A stretch of 64,000 nucleotides of DNA from Sphyrna mokarran (GCA_024679065.1 JAGIQG010000022.1:32922001-32986000); one strand, 5' to 3'. Positions 25,191-37,254 are shown, counted from the stretch's first letter. Numbers and translations: made by a program. Notes: a model not told the origin generated them from the letters alone.

Positions 25191-25639
25191 TTGTTTGGAA
25201 AAACTTCATGCTGATTGTCATTTATTAATCTTTCCAAGTAGCTGTTTTGTCTTTGATCATTGTCTCCTTTAAAAAAAAGTCCAAGTTCCAGTTATAATTG
25301 CCGTATATCAGTTGACCCAGCTCCATTTTTCTGCCCCCTCAAAAAAATTTTTGCCTATGCATGGTGTATAAATTAATTCCCTCCCTATCCCCTAGTTTCA
25401 ATATTTTATATATAAATTAGTAGTCAGCCTCAAATTTTCAGCCCACAACTACATGTTTTACTTATTACTGGGGGTAGAAGGGTCAGACAGTTGTGTTGTA
25501 AAGATGTGCTGGAGTTGAGACTTTTATGTCAAAGACATTTCAAAAGAGTGATCACACCTATACTGGTGGTTCATTTTGTTTTAAATAGTATATCAGTCAA
25601 CCCTGTTTTAAAACTGCTTTATTAACCGCCTGCTCAATC

Positions 25640-26660
25640 ATTCAATACCCCGACATCTTTCCATGCAAACTCAGGAAATATAACACCAGTTCTTTCGCTT
25701 CCTCTTTTACCACCCCATGCCCCAAAATTCCTTTTAAGTGACACAGCAAGTTGCACATGCCTCTTTCAATTTGGTTTACTATATTCACTGCTCACACTGT
25801 GGTCTTCTCTACACTGAGGAGACCAAACGCTGGGTGACCATTTTGCAGAACAATTCTGAGCTCACAGTTACTTGTCTCTTTGATTCTATACCTTGCGCTC
25901 ATGCTGACAACTGTCCTTGGCCAACTGCGTTGTTCCAGGGAAGTTGAATGCAAGTTTGAGGAACAGCATACTGTTTTAATTTAGGCACTATGCATCTTTC
26001 CAGTCTCAACATCGAGTTCAACAATTTCAGACCATAATCTCTGCTTCATTTTGTTTCCTTTGCATGCTTTAGTTTTTCTTAGTTTTGCTTTCGGTCAGCA
26101 ACACACATTATCCTGGCACATCTTTTGTTTCTTTTCTTGTACCATCACCACCCCATTTGGCACCCTAATATTCATTATCTTTCTTCCACCATGTAGTGGA
26201 CCTTGCTTTTTGAACTCTTGTTCAAAACCTGTTTCATCTCTTACCTTTTCCTAGGTCATAGACCTGAAATACTAACTTTTTAAAAATTCATTCCTGGGAC
26301 ATGGGTGCCGTTGGCTGACCAGCATTTATTGCCTATCTCTAGTTGCCATTGTGAAGGCGGTGGTGTGAGCTTCCTTGAACTGCTGCAGTCCATGTGCTGT
26401 AGGTTGAAGCACAATGCCATTAGGGAAGGAATTCCAGGATTTTAATCAATTGACTACAAAGGAACAAGCCGTACATTTCCAAGTCAGGTTGATGAGTGGC
26501 TTGGAGAAAAACTTGCAGGTGCTGCTGTTCCCATTTGTTGTCCTTGTCCTTCTAGATGGAAGTGTTTGTGGGTTTTGAAGTTGCTTTTAAGGATCTTTGG
26601 TGAATTTCTCTCTCTGCAGATGCTGCCTAGCCTGAGTATTTGCACATTTTAATTCCAGCC
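25640..26660 (+). mobile_element. Penelope-like element 3' part (GIY-YIG endonuclease remnant plus terminal region), split by a nested LINE
   Basis: NLVYYIHCSHCGLLYTEETKR resembles the PLE GIY-YIG motif (VY.I.C..C...YIGETKR); AGGTC-ATA-GACCT-GAAA hammerhead remnant; element resumes at about 26605 with TTTCTCTCTCTGCAGATGCTGCC. Confidence 0.85.
26279..26604 (-). mobile_element. LINE 3' end (19475 family) nested in the Penelope element
   Basis: CCAGCATTTATTGCC...CTGCAGTCCATGTG...GAATTCCAGGATTTT...TTCTAGATGG, colinear with 19500-19780. Confidence 0.85.
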
Positions 26661-27993
26661 TTGCTCTGTATCTAACCTGTGAATGACTTGGGAGTGCTTG
26701 TTTCTGACACTGAGGCTGTAGATAGGAATGCATTTTGTCGTCTCCCACTGAAATCAAAAATAATATCACCAAAGATTTAATTTCAAGAAAAGAGACAAGG
26801 GCGTTTCCTAATGATACTTGGTACTATCAGTTACTGATTGAACAAAACACCTCTGATGGCAGTATAATGTCAGTGTAACTTACTTGGAGATGGAATAAAG
26901 ATCCAGTCAAGTGTTAATAAATTGAGAACTGAAAGATTGCTGCTGAAATGAAACAGGATGGTGTAATTACAGTATAATTACAGAGAGCACCTGTGTGGGA
27001 GTGTGATTATCTGAGACTGCTGTGCACTATACAAAATCCAAGAACCCTGTAAACAGTGTGTAGATTGTGATCTCTGTACCACACTGAATAAATAACACAT
27101 GGGATTTGTGATCTGTTTTAGTTTCCCAGTTGTCTGCAGTTTGCAGCTGCTGGCTTTCAGGTGGCTTAAACCTTAAGCAGAGTTTATATTGAAATTCCCT
27201 TTTGATGTCCTTCATTATTTTACACATCTGAATCCGATTGACTCCATTAAACTCATTGTCTACCAGCTCGCATCAGCTCCCTATTCGTGCTGTATGTTTT
27301 AATCTCTAGTTCTATGCTTCTCCATTTTACTGTTAATTTCTTGTGTTGAAGTTTCTTAAATACTTCCTAAATAATCTACATGCCTCGCTTCCATTCATTC
27401 TCCTCAGTGGCTCCACTCAGAGGTTCCACCAAAGAAACATTTGGCTAATTAGACGGGACCTATCTTTCGCTACTAAACTGTGCTGACTCATCCTAACAGG
27501 ATTATACTTTTCTCAATGCTTTTGTCAATCATGATAGGATTGTAGCAATTTCCCACTAATTCTGCTGCACTCACTAACCTGCATTTACTTTGTATCTTTT
27601 TTAAAGACAAAATATTGCAATCCTCCTTTACTGTTCCTAAATCCATAGAATTTTGGAACAAACACATTGTTGTCTCTTATTTCTTTCCTTTAATTCATGC
27701 AGGTGGAAGCATTCCAGTCCACAATCATTTGTCTGGTTTTATCTAACCCATTATGCTTTTCTCTTTTTTATAAAGCCTGCAAGTTTCTTCTCTTCATAAA
27801 TCTACAGTTCTGATTGCTCTGCTCTGTAGTCCTGTCGCCTTCTCCTCAACTGCCTGACAACCATTATATTTTTGTTCTCTTGTTATTTTCAATTTTCTCG
27901 TTCTTCATTCTTGTCTCTCTTATTTCTCATGTACTTGGGGTAACTGTAGGGAAATATTCCTGGAATTCGTGGTGTGGGAAACCCTCAATGAGG

Positions 27994-28411
27994 AAAAGAA
28001 GACTTGCATTTTTCCCAATCATTGAACATTTCGAAGTGCCAATGGGTATTCTATAAAGTGGATGTTACTCTTATAATTAGGAAATGTGCAGCCACTTGCA
28101 GAGCAAACTCGCACAAATAGCAGTGATAATGACCAGATGATCGATTATTTTCGTGATGTCGCTTAAGGGTCAGTCAGGACACTGAGGGTAACTCTCCCTT
28201 CCCTTCTTCAAAATGAAACCATGGGATATTTTACATCCAATAGATCAACTAGATGGATTCTCTGCTTAATATCTTATCTGAAGACAAGATCTCAAACAAT
28301 GCAGAATTCCTTCAACCTCTGTGAGCCTTCATTCTGTGCCGAAGCCTGGGTATGGGACTCAAACCTGTGACTCAAATGTGAGAGTGCTGCTAACTGAGCC
28401 ACAGCTGCCAC
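27994..28411 (-). mobile_element. SacSINE1-like DeuSINE
   Basis: Minus strand has head GGCAGCTGTGGCTCAGTTAGCAGCACTCTC, Deu core GATGTAAAATATCCCATGG and tail AATGCAAGTCTTCTTT. Confidence 0.8.
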
Positions 28412-28996
28412 TGGAGAAGTTAGGAAAAATCTCTTTCTGTGGAGTGTTATTGCAATATGGAGTATTTTGTCACAAGTTGAAGCAGAGGCCAGTGCATCTC
28501 TTTACAGAAGTTTATAAAATCTTTGAAGTACATTTATACATGATTATTTAGAAAGAACAGAGCAATAAGGTTGAATTTGAATTATCTTAACAAGACCCTG
28601 GCACGGATATGATGGGTTAAATGACCACCTTCCTGTACTCTTGCATAGTTCACAACCACTTCATATGCTTAATGCTTGATCTAACAATTCTCTGAAGCCT
28701 TAGTTATAGCAGTAGAAAAGTTATTCCTTTTTCAGGCCATGTGCTGATGTTTGGGGGAGGAATTAATGGATTCCTGTTGTTTGTTTCCCTTGTTGCCTCT
28801 CAAAAATCAATGTGTACTGTCCTTTTAAAATAGGTGGATGTGAGGCTGTCACAGTGCCAGCTTACTGAGCAACTACTAGAGTGCAAATTAAATTCTGCTC
28901 TTGATGTGAGGGCATGTTTCGCCAGTCTAAGTGAAGCTATATGGGGTAAACTAACTGGGTCACCATTTAAGAAACATTGATACCTGATTACTGAAT

Positions 28997-29156
28997 TACT
29001 TCACTTTTCACTGAGGCCTGCTGAGAATTCAAAGAGTACTAGGAAGGGAAAGGAAAGTGAAACTGGTGCTTCCAGGATCTTTCAAAGTCTAATTGGACCA
29101 ATGTTTAAATATTTCTGGATATCCCCAGTTCAGAGCTACAGCATAGTATGGTAAGA
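28997..29156 (+). promoter_or_regulatory. Candidate interferon-responsive internal promoter with an exon ending at ATG
   Basis: IRF-like TACTTCACTTTTCACT (28997), perfect ISRE GAAAGTGAAACT (29053-29064), TTTAAATA (29104), Inr-like CCAGTTC (29125), AGTATG|GTAAGA (ATG 29148-29150). Confidence 0.35.
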
Positions 29157-29570
29157 GTTAAATTTGTTTTCTGTTATTAGTATTGGCTTTCTGTTTAGTT
29201 TACTGTGAAGTGTGCTTAAATGATTCCAGCTTTGACTTTGTTATGTTGAAAGACTTTGGGCCTGCAGCAGGACTTTCATGATGCACTGGGGTGACCTTGG
29301 CCAGGCCAGGACTTTGTTTACTCTCAGTTATACTTCAGCTAACTGAGTGCAATTCAGCACACAGAGCAGCAGCCAGGGAAGGGCTGCCAAATTAGGAAGA
29401 GACACGTAAAACAGTATTCCATGCACTATGTGGTATCGGAAGGGTAAATCTGAGGTCCATGGTCACTGTGGATTCCGTTTACTTTGTGAGGACCTGACTA
29501 TTCTTGTAGTTCTTCTCTCCTTTTCTTCCCTTTGATAGTCAAGTTGATTAATATCTCAAGATCTTGGGTG

Positions 29571-29991
29571 TCAGCAGCCATGGCTCCAATGGTAACACTC
29601 ACCTCTTCAGTCAGATGTTTGTGGGTTCAAGTCTTGCTCCAGAGATTTGAGTTCAGATATTTAGTTTGATGTTCCAGTAGAATTTTTAAGCGACTGCCAC
29701 AGTACAAGGGGCACTATCTTTTGAATGAGATATTAAACCATGGCCATTTCCATTCTCAGAGGATCCCATGGCACTATTTCAAAGATGAGTAGGCGAGTTA
29801 TCCTAGCCAATACTTATCTCAATCGCCAGCATAAAACAAATTATTTGGTCATTATTGAGTTTATTGTGAATATTTTGGCTGCTGTGTTTCCAATGCCACA
29901 GTGGTGATTGCCTTTCCAAAGCACTTCTGTGAAGCACTATGAAGTATGCAGTGGTTGTGAAAGGTGCTATATGAATGTAAGTCATTCTTTC
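29571..29991 (+). mobile_element. SacSINE1-like DeuSINE, full length
   Basis: CAGCCATGGCTC head, GGGTTCAAGTC B box, GATCCCATGGCACTATTTCAAAGA core, L2-type tail GTGAAAGGTGCTATATGAATGTAAGTC. Confidence 0.85.
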
Positions 29992-30680
29992 AATTCACTG
30001 GTAAGTGTGCATAAACTTGCTGAGTTAATGGGATTTTCATGCCTCTGCTTCCTTTCCCCTGAAAGCAATTTGGATTACAACCAGATTTACCAGGCTCAGT
30101 GAGTGGAGGCCTATTCTGGCTTTTGAATGCCAACTGTTTTTCATCAAATAGACACCAACCTAACCCAGTCCTTCTCTGTTAGTGCTCCAGTGGAACTGCC
30201 CAGTTTGGATTTAATTCAGTTCTTTTATCAAAATTCTCTCAAAACACAATGATTTCCACTTCAGTCTTGCCATTTTGAAGCGACTCGTTCAGCTGCAGTA
30301 GAAATAGGCTTTTTTTAGCTGATGGGATGTTACCTCACATTTGTTAATATCAGAATGTGATAATGAAGGAAACCTTCTGAATGCTTCCAAAATGTTGTTT
30401 TCCAGCATCTGTTTTCCTATTCCTCAACCTTTAACAACAAGCCTCTCTCTATTTTGCTGTTTGTAATTGTTATTGTTGCATCTCTTGATTGTCTCAGTAC
30501 TGTTCCTCCAATTAACCACGCCTATCAGCCCCAGCAGCATCCTTTGAGTGTTTGTCACAACATGGTACTTCACCTGCTGTCTACACATCTGGATTATTGA
30601 ATTGTTAATTATTTTTACATTTGCCCTAATTCTATTTAACTCTGCAATAATTAATTATTTTATTATTACAATTAATTAAG

Positions 30681-30935
30681 CAACACAGCACGGGAAACAG
30701 GCCCTTCGGCCCAACGAGCCCGCGCCACCGTAATACCAAATACATTATCCTATTTTAATATTCCTATATAATAATATATATATTAATCCTAATTTGGAAA
30801 ATTTTCACCATAGGGACAATTTGTTACCCAATCAGCCTAAGAGCGAATTTTTGGGTTGTGGGAGGAACCCGGAGTGCCCGGAGAAAACCCACGCAACCAC
30901 GGGGAGAACGCGCAAACTCCCGCAGACACCGGCCC
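30681..30935 (-). mobile_element. CpG-rich (young) V-SINE body with CR1-type tail and no tRNA head
   Basis: Minus strand GGAGTTTGCGCGTTCTCCCCGTGG...TTCCTCCCACA V domain; tail GGGCCGAAGGGCCTGTTTCCCGTGCTGTGTT. Confidence 0.85.
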
Positions 30936-31524
30936 AATTCCAAGTGTCTGCACAGCCACATCGATAGTCTCTGAGCTGTCATGGTGCCCTTCAGGTGGTC
31001 CACATAAAGCAGTCATATACGACATGAGGTACCAGGCAACCCATGAATCAACATCCAAGAGCTGTACCCGCACCACCTGCCGAATGCGTGCTCAAATTAT
31101 GGACCGAATTACCTGTGGACCTAGCTGATTCTTTTATTTTATAACAGCCTGGTATTTCAGGTTGTGGTGATTTCTTATTGAACTAAGTTGCATCTTTCAT
31201 CTTCCATTGACCTTCTCAGTGAACCCTGTTAGAGAAAGAATAGTGTTATTGTCCCTCAACATCTTACCTTGCTTGTGTTTCTTTGGTCCATCTTGTTTGG
31301 CATCTCTATGTCCTCTGCAGTCTCACCTCTGTTTCCACCTCTAAAATGTTGATTTATGTGGGCTATCTACTAGCACCAATTTCTGCCAGTATCTTTTTCC
31401 TGGGTGTGTCTATGGTGTAAATATTGATAAACCATTAGATTTGGGAGAGAATGGGTAGCTGGGGGGTGGGGAGTGAGGAGGAGTGTTGTGTCACATCAAA
31501 AAATCCTCCTCAACTACATTTAGA

Positions 31525-31730
31525 GTAGGAGTCGCTGGATAACAATTGGAGACAGGACCCCACACCAATCTCCTCCTCCCTAGTCTACAAGTACAGCGGC
31601 TGATAGTAATACCCCTCTCGTTCCTCAGCTGAGAACCACTCACTGAACACAAACCAGGCGTCGAACCAAGCACCTTTCTGTTCTACATGGCTCAGCTATT
31701 CACTGCATAAACACAGTGAGTCATACAGGG
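31525..31730 (-). mobile_element. AmnSINE2-like SINE, 5' half
   Basis: Minus strand TATGCAGTGAATAGCTGAGCCATGTAGA...GGTTCGACGCCTGGT...TCTCAGCTGAGG. Confidence 0.6.
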
Positions 31731-32427
31731 AGAATTTACAAAGTTGAACTTGGAGCTGAATTGCAGACGTTTGGAGTACCATCAATTCTCCAGCATAAAT
31801 GCAGCCTTTCAGTGCTTTTTGTTTAATTCTACAAGCTGAAACAGATAGAGAGAGCAGCAGCCTCAAGCTAAATGCTTTGATGTCTATATCGGCTCATTCT
31901 TTGTCAAAGGCGACTTGTTTCTTTAATTACCTAAGAAGCATATTATCTTAACAATAAGGGAGTTCAATTCAAGATTAAAATGCCAGGACTTCTTGTATGA
32001 ACTCAGCTTCTCTGCACTAAGGGAGGCTGAAGATCTCTTCATGTTAGCATGGGTGCAGCAGAGTGTTTGTAATACTACAGTATGAAAACCAACAGTTGCT
32101 GAAAGGTTAAACACACACAATGTTGGAGACCACGGGGGTTATTCCACATCAGTTGAAATAAGTCATTTTGGGTGCAGAGTCTCCTTGAGAATTGAAAATA
32201 AGGAGGCAGGCGGGGTTCCAATAGAAGCAGTGGGAAGGAGATTCTGTATATCATGTGTAGAATGGTGTAGCAGATTATTTCTAACTTTATTACTGGGAAT
32301 GCCTTTCACCGAAGAGTTAAGACTATGTTGACTGATGCATGCACTTGCAACACTGTCAAGTCTCCTTGCTTGATTGTTTTTAGTGATAAAATACATAACA
32401 ATGCAATTCATTATTATTTTGCTGCAG

Positions 32428-32520
32428 TGTTAGCCTCTTAGCCAGATTGTGATTGTCAATAAGAATTGGTTCTCGATTGACTTACCCTGACTAAATAAAG
32501 TTAAATAAAATAAAAATAAG
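32428..32520 (+). mobile_element. Short LINE 3' tail, L2-like
   Basis: CTCTTAGCCAG...AATAAGAATTGGTTCTC...TTACCCTGACTAAATAAAG followed by (AAAAT)-like repeats. Confidence 0.5.
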
Positions 32521-34330
32521 TGTATTGGACAGAAACATTCCATAGAAGCTGAATGTCGTTCTGTGTGTTTTTGGCATTCTCTATTTCATCTGTAATACTT
32601 TACCTTTGAATTGATGCTTATCATTTATGGAAAACACTTCTTTATATCTCGTATATATCTGATATTGTTTATGTATCTTATTGGCTACAGCAGAGATCTG
32701 TGGTTTAGGAAAGATCCAGTTAGGGCTCAATAACTTTTTGCTTAAAGTAGTCAAAGTTTGAGATTCAAGACACTAAACAACAGAACAAAAGTGAAGATAA
32801 ATAGTCAGAAAGCTATAATAATTTACATTTGTCGTATATGCTAACATTCAAGGTTAATAAAAGTACTATGATTAATATGCAAACTGTGGTCGGGCACACC
32901 GCATTGTGCATTAAATAGCCTTTACAACCATGGATTTCTCAATAGCCCACGCAGATGCCAGCAAACCAATTTCTTTCTCGCAAAGGATTTTGGCATTCAC
33001 TTTTGAAGCTCTTGCCTTGGAATTTTCTCCAAAGGTTGTCCTCTTTGGATGTCGTCAACACTGACTCGCTGGCAGGATTTCAGTCTTGTCTCCCAAGATT
33101 CTGTTCCTCTTGATACCTGAGTCTGCACTTCAGTAGCAACTCACAAATACAATTTCAGCTTTTCGGCAGTGCTGTGCTCCAAAGGATTATCTTTGTCCCA
33201 GTGACTCTCAGCATGTATCACCAACCCTCTACTGTCTTCTTCAATTGCCAGGGCTTCTCCTGAGTTCTGTGTTGTTAGGGTTTGTCTTCAGCCCCTTTAA
33301 ACCATAATTTTTTTTCTACTCAGAGCCTCTTTCTCTGTTTTTTCTTTGTAAGTGGGCCCTTGCCTTGCCTTCTGTCTCTGTCCTCTATCTTCGCATTCGT
33401 TTGGGATCTTTCTTTTCCCTGTCCAAGACACACATTTTATTATTAATGCTCTGTTCCTGGTCACTTGATGCCACTTTAAGCCATTTTCTCTTATTGCACA
33501 GATCCACAGCCCAAGCATTTACAAAAACAGTGAATTGTGCCTTGGCCTTCCGCTTGCAGCCTATGCAGGTGTGAAGGCTTGACAGATTTGGAATTCCCAA
33601 CCTCGCTCCTCCAGAAGATAAGTCTGGATCTCATAACACATGGTATCTATCTGGCAATGGCAATGTAATAGTTATGTAGCTCTGATGTCATGGGTCAGAG
33701 TAATCATTACTTGAGAGCTATTTGATTTGAAATACTTTGTACCCAGATTCTCCACCTAAAACTGCTAGCTCCTATGTTGCAAGCATTGTTTCGCAAAATA
33801 AATCCTCAGCTGACTTTGCTGTAAACCTCTGCATCTTAAAAGTCCTCTTGCCCAAGAACAGTAATTCTATCCCTTTTCATGTATGCGTGACATTTTGATA
33901 CAAGGATTTTGTGAAGAACTTTTTCAATCACTTTTCAACTTTAATTTCAGCTTGTGGCTATGCCAGTGCATACTCAAGCTTGTGAAGATAAAGGTATAAT
34001 TCACTGAATTCATGCAAGGTAAATGTGTAGCTTTCCTGTCTAGCAATCTGAAAACATTGATTAGCAATAATGGCATGTTTATTTGTCCAATTTTGATGAT
34101 TTTTGAAATATATATTTGGAACCCGTATATTTTCATTAATTTTGTATTTTAATTTGGGGTTATTATTTAAACATTTAACAAATCCTTTCAGGAACTCTAC
34201 AGAGGCAGAGCAGGGTGACACCGCAGAGTGAAAAACAGACAACAGGTCTGCAGTATTCTTTTCCCAGATCAGGTCTAGTTATTTGTGCATAAGAAGTTCC
34301 ATTAACAGTTGCAATTATTACTTTATACTG

Positions 34331-34365
34331 TTTGATTCCAGTCTGTTTCCCAGACTGGAATCAAA
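34331..34365. repeat. Perfect 15-bp inverted repeat with 5-nt spacer
   Basis: TTTGATTCCAGTCTG-TTTCC-CAGACTGGAATCAAA. Confidence 0.95.
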
Positions 34366-36214
34366 GACTATGTGTTGTGCTGCAGGGTAGCAGTGATTTA
34401 CCGGACCAGATATTACCATCTAATTGAAATAATCCACTCCTTAGAATACTAGGAATGCTTTTTATGAATTGTATGTTGCAGTTACTGGAAGATACTTTCT
34501 CTATCCAAATGATTGATAGCAAAAGCAACAATGAAGGAGTTGGAATTCCTGGGAATAAATGAGAAACTAGGTTTGGAATTCTGCCGGATTATCTGTGTCT
34601 TTATTGACAGTTGTCTGTCTTAACAATAGTTTGGTATCTTACTATTTGTGCCTTATTCTTTAATCAGACATAAAGTCAAATGCGTCTTTGTAAAATCTAT
34701 CCAGTTACACTTAAATGTCAAATGTCAAAACTCTGAACTTGAAGGAGTCTGTAAATTCCTTCATCTCCATTTTTAGGTCTAACTCCTGTTTCAGTACAGT
34801 TTTATAAGAAATAATGAAGCATTCTTTGTACCACATCCATGTAGAGTAGTAGTGTCCAAATGTCCATATAAACAGCTATCTGGTGACTAAAGGTCAGAAG
34901 TTTGATCACAGGAGTTTTGCTATTGGGTCCAGTCATGTCCTGACCTGTCATCTGTACACATTCACATGCAGGTGCTACAATCCTGAATGATTTTTCTTCC
35001 TCTCCCATTAATTCTAGAGCACTAAATTCAATTGTTGCATTGCTCAGTGGCTGAGATCTGCTAACTTCATTCAGTTCCAGGTTAAAACCAAGAACTTGGT
35101 TCAGTGAGTTAGTTTGCACTACTGTTCTGTTTGCCAACGAAATCAAGGCAAAGTTACTGGTATCTTATCGAGTGCCTATTATTCAGTCCAGAAGATATTG
35201 AATAGCAAAGGAAATTTTGGGCTGGGTGATTAATGAACAGCCCATGCAAAGCAGCCCTTTTTGCAGTAAGGCCCATGAGAAATTTCTATCCCTCGTTGAT
35301 TTAAGTTGAGATATTTTATATTCCCATTTGATTTGGGTGCTGTTTCAGGACAGTGTTCGCATATCATGGTGATCTTCCCATCCAATTTAGGAAACCTGTG
35401 TGAGTGGATGAACTGATCTGAATCTCACAGATAGCAAATCTGTTTGTATCATTTGGCAAGCTCCCTTAATCCAAAGGTAGAATCAGAGACATGTGAGCAA
35501 ACTCTATGGGTGTTCAGATACTTTTCCTCAATTGGGTTTCTTTGTAGTTTTTCTCAAATATGATAGATTTCCATGCATATGTTATGGAGGAGCAGAGAGA
35601 TCTGATTGTAAATCTCTTCAGTCTGGTATTCTAAAAGAAATGCAAAGCTAATATTCTGGGGCTTTGTTCTGTGTTCTTCTTAGATCGTTGACTGCAGCTT
35701 TGAAGAGCCACTGAACTCCAATGTTGCCCAATCTGTGTTGACAAAAGAATAGTGGAAATTAGATATTTTTCCTCATTGCTTTAAACCTTGTGGTTGTGTT
35801 AGCATTTTGCATTCTGCAGGCCTGGGTTAGGCTGTGTTTGTTTCCTTCTACATTCTTGTTTTCTTATAATGTTCAAACATCTATAATTATAAATAGAAAT
35901 GTATATAATTACAATATCTGCTTTTGAATAGTGTGGGTTTGAGAGATTAGACATATCTTTGTAGATGCGAGAGGCTGAGGCTACAAGCCGTCTCCTGCTA
36001 TAACCTTTGTTCCACTGGAATATACATGAGAATATGCAAAAATGCCTGAATCCAGAGACTGGATTAGTAGGTTAATGAAGGATGATGATATGAAGATCTC
36101 TTTGCTCATGAGGATCTCATATGAAATGAGTTTGGTTATTCTTGATCTTATTCCTACTTGCTAAGTGTCCTGACTGCTTCAAATTTTCAAATTTGGTTTT
36201 TAATCCATAGATCT

Positions 36215-36320
36215 ATAAACATGGACAGGGATCGAGGGTAGAGGTGGGAACATCGGGTGGCGGCGCAGGCTCGTTGGTACAAAGGGCCTGTTTCCCGTGC
36301 TGTTTTGTTCTTTGTTTTTT
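36215..36320 (+). mobile_element. CR1-type 3' tail
   Basis: GGCGCAGGCTCGTTGGTACAAAGGGCCTGTTTCCCGTGCTGTTTTGTTCTTTGTT; same tail as the 30681 SINE. Confidence 0.8.
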
Positions 36321-36569
36321 GTTATTTGACGGTGCAACCTTAAGAGGAGATTTTTGTAGAATTCAGAAATGTTGATGGAGCCGTGAAATTGTGCAGAGAC
36401 TTCGCTTTATAGCTGGCTATGCCAAGATCAAGGCCTCTAAAATCTCTTGCTTCAGAGGCAATTTCAATTAAAGTTTCCCCATGCCTGGGGGACATCTTAA
36501 TATAAAAATATTTATTCTAAAATATTCTTGACTGTTAAAGCTGCCAATGAATTAAACCGTATCCAGTTG

Positions 36570-36900
36570 CTTTACCTAACTTTCCACCTAGCCATCTACT
36601 AATTTTTTGCTCTCTTTCACTACTTCCCTTCCCCCTGCCCCTCCCCATATCTCTTAATTTGAGACCATCAAAAATCTGTACATCCCAGCCTTGGATGTTT
36701 TCAACAATGGAGCATGCACGACCATCTTGGACCAATAATTCCGAAGGTTTGCAGCCCTTTGAAGTCATTTCTTCCAAATGATTGATCCTTATCCTGAGAC
36801 TGTACCCCCATATTTTGGATTCCACGACCAGTGGAAAGAACCTCTCAGCACTCGCCCTATCAAGCGCTTTCGGAATTTTGTGGGTTTCAATGAAATTGCA
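36570..36900 (-). mobile_element. CR1 LINE 3' end
   Basis: ORF 36535-36969 FIETHKIPKALDRASAERFFPLVVESKIWGYSLRI. Confidence 0.85.
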
Positions 36901-37254
36901 AATGTGACTCTGGGAAAGTGAAATAGATAATGGACGACAAAATAAATGGAAGTAATTTATCAGAAACATCAGGAAAGGGATTTTTGTGGAAATAGCCCTT
37001 AAATCATCAGCACTATTGCAAAAAAAAGACAGAATCTTAAGCTGTTACAGCTTGTGAGACACAGCGTCAGAGCCAGACACGATTGTTTATGCGAAGCACT
37101 GGACTAACGTCATCTTGAATATTTTGAAGTGGTCTGGGTACTGCACCACAGAGGGGACATCCTGGCTCTGGAGGAATTGTAAACACTCCAACAAGATGAT
37201 AAATAGTATTGGACTATTTATCTTTGAAGAAAGATGCAAGATGACTTACAATGG

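Noticed and set aside
32885-32985. Minus-strand EKEIGLLASAWAIEK resembling a Gypsy RNase H motif
   Set aside because: Spacing is wrong and flanking motifs are unconvincing
33502-33568. + strand acceptor-to-GT segment IHSPSIYKNSELCLGLPLAAYA sharing a 13-mer with the 20719 candidate
   Set aside because: Donor is mediocre, and repeated 13-mers are expected by chance in 64 kb
36081-36175. C/D-box-like ATGATGA...CTGA
   Set aside because: No convincing terminal stem or recognisable guide sequence
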